A stretch of DNA of 64,000 nucleotides from an uncultured Acidimicrobiales bacterium (GTDB taxonomy: Bacteria; Actinomycetota; Acidimicrobiia; Acidimicrobiales; CALAML01), in NCBI GenBank assembly GCA_937925845.1, contig CALAML010000077.1:6946-70945 (forward strand), given 5' to 3'. Positions 32,761-41,463 of the stretch are shown piece by piece (position 1 is the stretch's first letter; each line of letters opens with the position of its first letter). The notes under the pieces are model-generated. The model ran no database searches, had not been told where the DNA came from, and saw only the letters and a list, made by a program, of their open reading frames with translations. The translations under genes were made by a program, and so were the position numbers.

Positions 32761-32947
32761 CTAGTGGTGTGTCGCTGAAATAGTGTCGCGGTCTGGGCCC
32801 AACCCGCAGGGTTGGCGGCATCCGGCGTCGTCTGGCAAGGACGCAGATCCCCGACTTACCTCGTCCGGTAGGGGGGCGTCGAGGACGCAGCCAGCGGCGT
32901 CGGGGCACGAACAGAGGAGCATCAGTATTTGGGCGACACACCACTAG
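32761..32947. mobile_element. MITE-like non-autonomous element, copy 2 (187 nt)
   Basis: Same CTAG boundaries, same terminal inverted repeats and same conserved core of about 100 nt as copy 1. It carries a 16-nt insertion (CCAACCCGCAGGGTTG) and a replaced right subterminal arm. Confidence 0.75.
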
Positions 32948-34185
32948 AAGGCGCTACCGCCGCGGTATCGACCTTCGGGGATCAACAGACCCCGCACCAG
33001 GTTTCCCATCGGATCGTCGGCTTCGGTCAACCGGTCGGCAACCGCCATCAGGGTTTCTCCCAGCGCAGTGCCGCCAAAGATCCAGTCGTTGAGCGCATCG
33101 TGGTTGGGGGTGGTCGAGCCCGGCTGGGCCGCGATGGCTTCGTGATAGAAGGTGCGGAGGTCATCGGCCAGGTGGCGCACCAGCAGCGGCATCTCAAACG
33201 CCCATTCCACGTCGCCAGTCGGCGGTTCGGTGATCGACTCCGCTTCGACGATCGAGGCCAGGGCGGTGGCCACCGCATCCACCTGATCGGCTCCGGCCCC
33301 GCTCACCCCGAAGAGGGTGCGGCCGCGGGCGGCTCGGGTTTGTGACGACCAGGTCTTGAGCCGTCCCACCTCGGCCAAGAGTCGACCCGTAAGCGTGTCG
33401 TCGTCAGTTGGACCGAGGTTGAGCGGACAGGCCCATTCGCCGGGCCCCGCTTCTTCGGGCAGGTCGCCTTCATAGTCGGCGATCGTCGGTTCGGTGGCGG
33501 TGGCCAGCAGGTCGAAGGCCTGACGCATCACCTGTTTCTGGAACTCGCCATCCTCGGCCGAGCCGAGCGGTCGACCGAGGGCGAAGGGCACCCACAGGGC
33601 GCGGGTCGGCCCCACCGCTTCGCTTTGTTCGCGAACCAGGCTGATCGACGTGCAGGCCACGCCGGCCCGCTCGATGAAGTTGGTAAGGGCGCCAACTGCG
33701 CCCGTGCACAGCGGTCAGACCGGTATCAGCAACGCCACATCAACGTCGTCGGCGGCCAGCATTTGCCCCACCTCTGTACCCGTCTCCTCAAACAGCGCCG
33801 GCACCGGCATGGCCCCCATGAAGGAGTAGTGCCGGGGGCTGACGCCGCCGATCTCGCCGGCCTCGGCCATTTCCCGCAGCCGATCCATCGGGAACGAGAT
33901 GTTTGGGTCCTGCTGGAAGGCGCTGCGATCAAAGTTGGTGCTGATGTGTGACAGCACCACGTCGGCCCAATCGGTGTCGCCCGGCACGACCCGGTAGTCA
34001 AGGGCGCCAACGGTGAAGGGAGCGTCGCTGCGTAGATGCAGCCCGGCGGTCGACACGATGGCCACAGTCGACTCAGCCAGTGGCTTTGGGTGAACCCACT
34101 CCCCGGGCTCGATGAGCTCCATGTCGTCGGCTCGCGCCTTGAGGTGGGCGGCTTCGGCCTCATGGAGATCGCTGAGTCGAACCAT
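32944..34185 (-). CDS. GrdB-family protein (glycine/sarcosine/betaine/D-proline reductase selenoprotein-B-like). One reading frame interrupted by an in-frame TGA at 33715-33717, either a candidate selenocysteine codon or a nonsense-disrupted pseudogene
   Basis: Track ORFs 33715-34185 and 32944-33660 are in the same frame, with continuous sense codons across the 54-nt gap. The junction reads ...DVDVALLIPV-TGA-PLCTGAVGALTNFIERAGVACTSISL. The N-terminal half (HISTNFDRSAFQQDPNISFPMDRLREMAEAGEIGGVSPRHYSFMG) resembles the GRDB family. Confidence 0.6.
33687..33703 (-). promoter_or_regulatory. SECIS-like hairpin downstream of the in-frame UGA
   Basis: mRNA GGGCGC-AGUUG-GCGCCC: a 6-bp all-GC stem with a 5-nt apical loop. 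The stem starts 11 nt after the UGA and the loop starts 17 nt after it. The loop has G then U at positions 2-3, within the general geometry described for bacterial SECIS elements. Confidence 0.45.
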
Positions 34186-35099
34186 CAGGCGCCCTCGCCA
34201 GTGATGGCCCCGATCAGGACCTGGGAGATCTGGTCGGCGGCGTCCTCCTGGAAGAAGTGATGGGCGTCGGTGATCGTGGTGTGGGGCTGCCCCTGCGCTC
34301 CCGGCACCAGTTTGAGGAAGGGCCTTTCACCACCATTGGTGATCGGGTCGCTGTCGCTGAAACAGCAGATGAACGGTTTGTCCCAGGCCTTGAACACTTC
34401 CCAGGCCGCTTGGTTGGCGGCCGCCGCTGGGTCATCGTGGCCGGTGGGCACAAGCGAGGGGAAGATGCGGGCGCCCTCCTTGAAGCTTTCATCAGGGAAG
34501 GGAGCATCGTAGGCCGCCACCTCGGCGGGAGTGAGCTCGGTGTTGGTGGCGCCCTGTATGAGGTCGCCGATCGGGAACACCGGTGATTCCTGGCTGAACT
34601 TCTGCCAGGCCATAAACGCCTGATTGGGCGGGACCGAACCCTCGGGCAAGCCGGTGTTGCCGATCACTACACGGGCGAAACGGTCCGGGTTCTCGGCAAC
34701 GAGGCGCAGACCAACCAAGCCACCCCAGTCCTGACCAAAGAACGTGGCCTCGGTCAGGTCGAGGTGGTCGATGATGGCGGCCTGCATCCAGGCGACATGG
34801 CGGGCGTATGTGTAGTCCGCCTTCTCGCTCGGCTTGTCGCTTTTGCCAAAACCCACCAGGTCGGGGGCGATCACCCGCAGTCCCGCCTCGGTCAGCAATG
34901 GAATGATCTTGCGATACAGGTAGCTCCAGGACGGCTCGCCGTGCATGGCCAGCACCACCGGGCCGTCGGCTGGACCTTCGTCGAGATAGTGCACCCGCAG
35001 CGTTCCGCCGTCGAGGTCGTCGATCTCGACGTAGTTGGGGGCGAAGGGGTAACCGTCGAGATCGGCGAAACGTTCATCGGGGGTGCGCAGTGACTGCAT
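34185..35099 (-). CDS. Haloalkane dehalogenase (HLD-I, DhlA-like)
   Basis: Colinear with Xanthobacter DhlA from memory: RTPDERFADLDGYPFAPNYVE, HGEPSWSYLYRKIIP, nucleophile GQDWGG, C-terminal DAHHFFQED. Start at MQSLRTPDERF (ATG at 35097-35099, GGAGAA upstream). Its TGA overlaps the next gene's ATG (ATGA). Confidence 0.85.
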   Translation of the reverse strand: MQSLRTPDERFADLDGYPFAPNYVEIDDLDGGTLRVHYLDEGPADGPVVLAMHGEPSWSYLYRKIIPLLTEAGLRVIAPDLVGFGKSDKPSEKADYTYARHVAWMQAAIIDHLDLTEATFFGQDWGGLVGLRLVAENPDRFARVVIGNTGLPEGSVPPNQAFMAWQKFSQESPVFPIGDLIQGATNTELTPAEVAAYDAPFPDESFKEGARIFPSLVPTGHDDPAAAANQAAWEVFKAWDKPFICCFSDSDPITNGGERPFLKLVPGAQGQPHTTITDAHHFFQEDAADQISQVLIGAITGEGA

Positions 35100-35402
35100 C
35101 GGCTTTTCTCCTGCTGCTTTGGTCGGCGTGACTGGATCGGGGTCGCTCGGGTGAAGCCCGCTTCGGCCCAGGCCCAGGCTCAACACCGTAGAGCCCAACC
35201 TTATGCCAGTTCCACTCGCAAAAGATTTGCCTGCGGTTCAACCGGCAGGGAGGCAATTTTGCCCAGGGTTGAATGTCGGTTCGCCGACAGATCGCGACCG
35301 TGGATCCAGCGACCCTGAGGAGACGATTCAGGGAAGGAATCTGACATGTTCAAAAACACTGAACCCATCAGCAGCACCGGTCCAACCGAAACGGACCGCA
35401 CC

Positions 35403-37385
35403 ATGAGCAATTCACGCAAGTGGCCAAAGCGGGGTCGACAACGAAGTCGCCTCCTGCTGGGAGCCGCCATGTGCGCCACCTTGGCCGCACCGATGCTGAC
35501 CACCACCGGCGCCGACGGCCTCGTAAAGCCTGACGGCCTGGTGTCGAGGAACAGCGCGGGAGTGATTGGCGACAACATCAGCGGATCGCCAACGATCAGC
35601 GCCGACGGTCGATTCGTGGCCTTCCGATCTGCGGCGACCAACCTGGTCAGCGGCGACACCAATGCGACCACGGACATCTTTGTTCGCGACCGCCAGACCG
35701 GGACCACCACAATCGTCAGCCGCCATAGTGATGGTTCCAACGCCAGCGCTTTTAGCTTTTCGCCATCGATCAGCGCTGACGGCCGATTTGTAGCGTTTGG
35801 GTCCCACGCCAACAACCTTGTCGATGACGACACCAACGGAAGTCCCGACGTGTTTGTGCACGACCGGTCCACATCGACCACGGTTCGGGTCAGCGTGCGA
35901 TCCAATGGCGATGAAGGCAACAGCGCAAGCTGGGAGCCCAGCATTAGCGGTGATGGGACCAAGGTGGCATTTATTACCTCGGCCACCAACCTGGTGCCGA
36001 ATGACACCAACGCCTCCAACGACGCCGTGGTGCACGACCTCACCTCATCCACCACTACCCGGGTAAGCGTCGACTCCGCCGGGCTTGAGTCCAACGGTTC
36101 TTCTTCGCAGACCCGCCTGAGCCGAGATGGCTCCACAGTGGCGTTCGCAAGCTCGGCCACCAATCTCGTGGCCAACGACACCAACGGCGCCGCAGATATC
36201 TTTGTGCGTCGAATCGATACCGGCCAGACGATCCGGGCCAGCGTCCGCTCCGATGGCACCCAGGTGACCAACAGCTCCATCCGCCCCAGCCTGAGTGGTG
36301 ATGGCTCGATCGTGGCGTTTCAGTCGACTTCAAGCTCGCTGGTGGACAACGACAACAATCCGAACTCCGACATCTTCATCCGACGGTTGGATGACGGGGT
36401 GACGGAATTGGTGAGCGCCCCGACGCCAGACTCGCCGGTGCCTAATGTCCCCAACCTCTACCCCACCATCAACGCCAACGGCACTGCGGTGGTTTGGGTC
36501 CGACTACTGGGCCTGTTGCCCAACGAGCCAGCAGCGGGACTCAACCACGTCTATCTGAGAAGCCTGGAAACCGGGGCCACCCAGTTGATGAGCCGTGGCG
36601 CGAACGGGCCGGCCAACGGCGCCAGCTTCCCCTTCTTCTCACGCCCGTTGGCGATCTCGGGGAACGGGGCCGTCGTGGCCTTCCCGTCGGGAGCCTCGAA
36701 CCTTGTCCCCGGCGATACCAACGCCACCTGGGACGTCTTCACTTCCACTGCTTTCCGCTGTGGCGGGAAGTTGGCGAGCCATGTCGTGGGCCAATTTGGC
36801 GCACCGACCGCTGGCGACGACGTCATCCTCGGCACCAACGGCGATGACACCATCAACGGCCTGGGCGGCAACGACACCATCTGTGGCGCCGGCGGCAACG
36901 ACACCATCACTGGCGCCCTTGGCAACGATGTCATCTTTGGCGGAGCTGGAGCCGACGAAATCATTGGCGGTCCGGGCGACGACAACCTGCGCGGCGGTCC
37001 CGGCAACGACAAGGTCTTTGGTCGGGAAGGCAACGACAAGGTGCGCGGCAACGGCGATCGCGACATCGTCTCTGGACACAGCGGCGATGACCTGGTCGAC
37101 GGCGGCACCGGCAACGACTTCGCCAACGGCGGCAACGGCAACGACATTGTTGTCGGTGGCAAGGGCAACGATGTGGTCCGGGGCCACGGTGGCAACGACC
37201 GCCTCGATGGCGGCGCCGGCTTCGACCGTCTGGAGGGCGGCAACGGCAACGACATCCTGCTTGGCCGCCGAGGGAACGACCGGTTGATCGGCGGCAACGG
37301 CAACGACGCCCACCACGGCGGCCCCCAGGTCGACACCTGCATCCCCGGTGCCGGTGCCGACACCAAGACGAGCTGCGAGAACTAG
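35403..37385 (+). CDS. Secreted protein with 7 PD40/TolB-like beta-propeller repeats and a C-terminal block of RTX-type (GGxGxD) calcium-binding repeats
   Basis: Signal peptide (RSRLLLGAAMCATLAAPMLTTTGA). Repeats of S.DGRFVAF.S.ATNLV..DTN...DIFVRD. About 18 nonapeptides such as GGNGNDILLGRRGNDRLIGGNGND. The alternative start at 35346 is less likely. Confidence 0.8.
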   Translation: MSNSRKWPKRGRQRSRLLLGAAMCATLAAPMLTTTGADGLVKPDGLVSRNSAGVIGDNISGSPTISADGRFVAFRSAATNLVSGDTNATTDIFVRDRQTGTTTIVSRHSDGSNASAFSFSPSISADGRFVAFGSHANNLVDDDTNGSPDVFVHDRSTSTTVRVSVRSNGDEGNSASWEPSISGDGTKVAFITSATNLVPNDTNASNDAVVHDLTSSTTTRVSVDSAGLESNGSSSQTRLSRDGSTVAFASSATNLVANDTNGAADIFVRRIDTGQTIRASVRSDGTQVTNSSIRPSLSGDGSIVAFQSTSSSLVDNDNNPNSDIFIRRLDDGVTELVSAPTPDSPVPNVPNLYPTINANGTAVVWVRLLGLLPNEPAAGLNHVYLRSLETGATQLMSRGANGPANGASFPFFSRPLAISGNGAVVAFPSGASNLVPGDTNATWDVFTSTAFRCGGKLASHVVGQFGAPTAGDDVILGTNGDDTINGLGGNDTICGAGGNDTITGALGNDVIFGGAGADEIIGGPGDDNLRGGPGNDKVFGREGNDKVRGNGDRDIVSGHSGDDLVDGGTGNDFANGGNGNDIVVGGKGNDVVRGHGGNDRLDGGAGFDRLEGGNGNDILLGRRGNDRLIGGNGNDAHHGGPQVDTCIPGAGADTKTSCEN

Positions 37386-37577
37386 CTCTCGAACGCCCCA
37401 CCAACCAGCGGGGCAAACACAGGACCGGTGGGGCGGGTGCAAAAGCATCCGCCTCACCCGCGTCCAACCAAGATCTGTGACGCCTCGCGCTGCAAAAAAC
37501 AGCGCGCTGGGCATCACACATCTTGAGAAGGGCGGACGGGAACCGTTCTGGACCCGGCAGTAAGGTCTGGGGTTGCC

Positions 37578-38519
37578 ATGACAGCCGAGACCGATCATCG
37601 ACTCACGACCCGACAGATGGCGGAGTTCGTTACCAACGGATGCCTTCGCTTCGACGCCATCGTGCCCGACGAGATCAACCAGCGGGCTCTCGCCGAGATG
37701 GCGGAGCTGGAGTTCGGGCGATTCACCAGCGATGGGCCCAAGCCGCCGGAGACCGGCACCCCCCTGTCGCAGTGTTATCCCCCTCCATCGGCCATCGGCG
37801 AGTTCCTCAGGCTGCCCGAGGTAGCCGGCGTCATCACCTCGCTGGTCGGCTCAGAACCCACCTTCGACCACGACTGGTCCCACCACATCGTCGCCGGCGA
37901 TCGCCGTGGACAACCCCTGCACGTGGACGCCGTCGTCGATTCGGACGATCCCGGCTTCGACATTCAGCTCTACTGGTTTCCTCACGAGGTGGCCGCCGGA
38001 GAAGGGGGCACCAGATTTGTCCCTGGCAGTCATCTGCGCCGGGTCCGCTCCGACTCGCTGGCGCGGTATCAGCACATCGTCGGCGAAGAACACTTCGTTG
38101 GACCGGCAGGCACGGTGCTGGTGTTTCACCATGCGCTTTGGCATGCCGGCCAACCCCACCGGGGCGAGTCCGACCGCTGGATGCACAAGGTGCGGCTCAA
38201 CCCGACCCAGCCCCAGGTGTTGCTGTGGAACACCGACGATTTGGCTGAGCTCCACAACTCCCCTACCGACCACGTCTTTGCCACCATGGCTGAGGACAGC
38301 GTGGCCCATATCTTCCGGACCATGCATCCATGGCACGGCGTTGCCGAGTCCCGCCATGAACAGACCAACCGGGCCCGGTTGTGGCGGTATCTCACCGACG
38401 ATCCCAGTTACGACGTCGACTTCTATCTCGGTCGCCTCGAGGGTCGGGCCCGCGCCATCGGCGTAGACCAGAGCGGAGCCGGGCAGAGCGGAGCCGGGCA
38501 GAGCGGAGTCGGGCGGTGA
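37578..38519 (+). CDS. Phytanoyl-CoA dioxygenase (PhyH) family Fe(II)/2-oxoglutarate oxygenase-like protein
   Basis: 313 aa. N-terminal LTTRQMAEFVTNGCLRFDAIVPDEINQRAL, an HxD-like HVDA and a distal H (ALWHAG) fit the PhyH pattern. The C-terminus carries the tandem (GAGQS) repeat. Confidence 0.6.
   Translation: MTAETDHRLTTRQMAEFVTNGCLRFDAIVPDEINQRALAEMAELEFGRFTSDGPKPPETGTPLSQCYPPPSAIGEFLRLPEVAGVITSLVGSEPTFDHDWSHHIVAGDRRGQPLHVDAVVDSDDPGFDIQLYWFPHEVAAGEGGTRFVPGSHLRRVRSDSLARYQHIVGEEHFVGPAGTVLVFHHALWHAGQPHRGESDRWMHKVRLNPTQPQVLLWNTDDLAELHNSPTDHVFATMAEDSVAHIFRTMHPWHGVAESRHEQTNRARLWRYLTDDPSYDVDFYLGRLEGRARAIGVDQSGAGQSGAGQSGVGR
38469..38513 (+). repeat. Three tandem copies of a 15-nt unit CAGAGCGGAGCCGGG at the 3' end of the PhyH-like gene
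   Basis: Read directly. The third unit has one substitution. Encodes QSGAGQSGAGQSGVG. Confidence 0.85.
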
Positions 38520-38830
38520 CAGGCGAATCACTCACGAGAGAGCGGCAACAAGTGCTGTACCTCTGGCTGATCGATTCCAGTCTCGACTCGGCGGTAGTCG
38601 GTTGGGCTTTCTACGACGGCACATCCGGTCACCCGGACTACGCCCTGCCCGCAGAGGACCCGCCGTACCGTTCCGGCCTCGCCGCTTTGGAGGCTGGGTG
38701 GATGTTGATCCAGTCGAGTCGGACCGAAGAGGTCGATGCCGGCAACCACACCAACACCTACCTGCGTCATGAGTTTGTCTTTGAGCGCAGAATCGACCTG
38801 GCCAGCCCAAAACCCGACAAGAACCTCTGA
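38516..38830 (+). CDS. Small hypothetical protein (about 104 aa), possibly translationally coupled to the PhyH-like gene
   Basis: The GTG at 38516 overlaps the PhyH TGA (GTGA). GC-rich third positions. Sequence VTGESLTRERQQVLYLWLIDSS...PPYRSGLAALEAGWMLIQ. No family recognised. Confidence 0.35.
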   Translation: MTGESLTRERQQVLYLWLIDSSLDSAVVGWAFYDGTSGHPDYALPAEDPPYRSGLAALEAGWMLIQSSRTEEVDAGNHTNTYLRHEFVFERRIDLASPKPDKNL

Positions 38831-39349
38831 CTACATGAACTCCGGCGGTCGGCAGTCCATCGGGGTGTCGTCGGGGATCGCGGTGAGGGTGAAGCCCCAG
38901 AAGCTGTTGCACTGCGCGGAAAACGGGGCAATCGCGAAATTGGGACCAAGACCGGTGGCCTGCTGAAGCAGATTGTTCGGATCCGCGTTGTTGCGGCTGT
39001 AGAACGAGATGGTGATGAGGGTGATCATGCCCGGCACCACCAGCGAACCGGCAAACCCGGACTCCGTGCAGGCCTCGACAACAGAAATAGTGGCCCCGGC
39101 GGCGGCAACGGCATTGAGTTGTTCGCCGGTCAGGTTGATATTGACCATGCACCCACCACAGTTCACGCTGGTGAGGTTGTCGCCGGTGCTAAAGAGCAGT
39201 TGCGGCTCCACCACTGCGGAACACTGCTGTCCATGCGCCGGGGCGATTCCGAAGCTGCGAACCGACGGCGCGGCAAATCCCGCAGCACCGATTCCGGCCG
39301 CAACGGCGCCTCTCGCCAACACCTGTCGCCTTTCATACTCCGTACTCAT
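38831..39349 (-). CDS. Hypothetical Tat-signal secreted Cys-rich protein
   Basis: Start at MSTEYERRQVLARGAVAAGIGAAGFAAP (twin-arginine-like), ATG at 39347-39349 with GGAAGGAAG upstream. 172 aa with 6 Cys. Confidence 0.55.
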   Translation of the reverse strand: MSTEYERRQVLARGAVAAGIGAAGFAAPSVRSFGIAPAHGQQCSAVVEPQLLFSTGDNLTSVNCGGCMVNINLTGEQLNAVAAAGATISVVEACTESGFAGSLVVPGMITLITISFYSRNNADPNNLLQQATGLGPNFAIAPFSAQCNSFWGFTLTAIPDDTPMDCRPPEFM

Positions 39350-39786
39350 TTCTTCCTTCCCAGCACAACAACCCGCTGTGCATGATTTGGGAAAGGTGCG
39401 CATCGAGTCGCGTCTTACAGAGGTCGCAAAACGCGCGCCGCGAAACTCAGGGTTTCGCAAGCTCCCGTTGAGCCGGCTTTCCCGTAGGGCCTTTGCCAAT
39501 CCGGCTAAGGCTTGTGCTTCTGGACGGTTCCTCGGCAGTGGGAACCTGGAAGCAGATTAACGCAAAGAGATCGAATTACCACACGAATGGTATTCAGAGT
39601 TTTTGGGCCCATTTCCACCACCTACACAGCTTTCGCACGGCAACAAGACTTGAACCATATTGAGACTCCTCTCTCCGGTGTGCCGATGCCGTCGGCAACC
39701 GACCAAGCTGGTGGGGCCTGCTCATGCAGTCCAGGCCGGAGCAGCTCTCTACCTCGCAACAGGTCAACACCACCGGGAGCACCGAT

Positions 39787-41286
39787 ATGGCCCACCAACC
39801 CCGTCCCCAACCGCTTGCCGCGAACTCACCTTCGTCGGCACCGCACGAGCCACCCCCAGCGGACCGACTTCGGCGAGCACCGCTGCTGACTGCGCTGGTG
39901 GCCGCTGCCGCCGGGTTTGTTCTCGTTTTGGTGTCGTGTTCCCCAGTTACCAACTACGACGACAACCTGGCCTTGATTCAGGCTCACACGGCCCGCAATA
40001 CCAACCACGACAACAGCCCGAGCCGAAGTATCCCGCAGGCCCAGCTCGATATCAGCACCGGCGGGCCGCTGATCGACACCGATCGGGCCGCCTACCTGGG
40101 CCAACCACAGGGCAACCCGGAGAACGCGTTCCCACTCGCCGGCGGCGGGCAGTTCCGTATCTCCTGCGAGTTCTCTCACTTCGCCTACGACGATCCGCTG
40201 GTACATCCCAACCAGCCCGGTCGGGCCCACCTGCACATGTTCTTCGGCAATACCGACGTCAACGCCTTCTCTACCTACGAGACCTTGCGGGACACCGGTT
40301 CATCCACCTGCAATGGCGGCGAAGCAAACCGAACCGGCTACTGGGCACCGGCGATGATCGACGGCGATGGCCAGGTGCGAATCCCCGAGCGGGTCGTCGT
40401 CTATTACAAGGGTGAGGGTCTGGCCAACGGGGCCAATCCCAACGCCACCACCGGTTCCCTCCCCTACAAACCGGGAATGGCCAACATTGCCTCCGCTGAC
40501 GGTCTCAGTGTTCCCGAAGTCGACAACTTCGATGGCGGTGCGCCAGGAGAGGTGAACTACAAGTGCTCCAACAATTTCTCCGGCCCCCGCTTTGATGAAG
40601 GTGTCGACCAGATCCCAAACTGCTCCGGCGACTTCTACAACAACTACCCGAACACCCGCACCGTGCTCGAGATGGAGATCAAGTTCTGGAACTGCTTCCC
40701 CACCGACGCCGATCCGACCGACCTAACCCAGTGGGCCCCGGCCGGCAAGACCCGTGGCGTCTGGTTCTTCTCGAACTGCACCGGTGAGGGCGGTCAGTCT
40801 CCCGGCTCGCCGCCGCTGCTCGACAAGGAGACTTTTCCGAACCTCGTCTACTACGTGAACTACGTGGTGGAGCCGGGCGACGACACCTCCGACTGGTTCC
40901 TTTCCTCCGACGTCGACGGATCGACGGTTGAGCGCCCCACACCGAATTTGCTTGGTACCAGGGGTTCGACCCATCACGCCGATTGGTGGGGCGCGTGGCA
41001 TCCAACCATCAACCAGGAGTTCCTCGACAACTGCGTGAACTTCCTCGATCCGAATGCCAACTCGGGGTGTGGATTCGGCTACCTGACCAACGGCGGACCC
41101 GATCAGGAGAACCCGTTGCCGGGTCGTACGCTCAAGTACCGCCCCCAGTACGACACCGTCGGCGACCCTGCGAGCTACAAGGTCCCTCTGGCCACCCTCT
41201 TCGCTGAGCTGTGCCAGCCCCACGGCCCGGGCCACTCCTATACAGCCAGCGACAATCCGAGGAAGGGCGCTGTCTGTCTGAACTGA
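39787..41286 (+). CDS. Lipoprotein, DUF1996-like
   Basis: Lipobox LVLVSC. The core motif FRISCEFSHFAYDDPLVHPNQPGRAHLHMFFGNT resembles the DUF1996 signature. The start is uncertain (39724 or 39787). Confidence 0.55.
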   Translation: MAHQPRPQPLAANSPSSAPHEPPPADRLRRAPLLTALVAAAAGFVLVLVSCSPVTNYDDNLALIQAHTARNTNHDNSPSRSIPQAQLDISTGGPLIDTDRAAYLGQPQGNPENAFPLAGGGQFRISCEFSHFAYDDPLVHPNQPGRAHLHMFFGNTDVNAFSTYETLRDTGSSTCNGGEANRTGYWAPAMIDGDGQVRIPERVVVYYKGEGLANGANPNATTGSLPYKPGMANIASADGLSVPEVDNFDGGAPGEVNYKCSNNFSGPRFDEGVDQIPNCSGDFYNNYPNTRTVLEMEIKFWNCFPTDADPTDLTQWAPAGKTRGVWFFSNCTGEGGQSPGSPPLLDKETFPNLVYYVNYVVEPGDDTSDWFLSSDVDGSTVERPTPNLLGTRGSTHHADWWGAWHPTINQEFLDNCVNFLDPNANSGCGFGYLTNGGPDQENPLPGRTLKYRPQYDTVGDPASYKVPLATLFAELCQPHGPGHSYTASDNPRKGAVCLN

Positions 41287-41463
41287 GAGGCCGAGCCAAA
41301 CCACAGGCCCGGCCACAATCTCGGCTCCCCGGAATGTCGACCCAACCAACCAAGTTGGATACAGCAGCTACCCATCGACACTTTGGGAGCCGCATCAACA
41401 TTCGGGAGATTCCGTGCCCATCGATACAGTCCGCCCCACCCTCGCCATCGCCGAGCGTGCATC

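Noticed and set aside
35201-37598. Long minus-strand ORFs (35201-36280, 36551-37366, 36639-37598) opposite the PD40/RTX gene
   Set aside because: These are produced by the repetitive GC-rich coding sequence. The plus-strand product has clear PD40 and GGxGxD repeats plus a signal peptide. The antisense products are low-complexity Ser/Pro/Arg/Val sequences.
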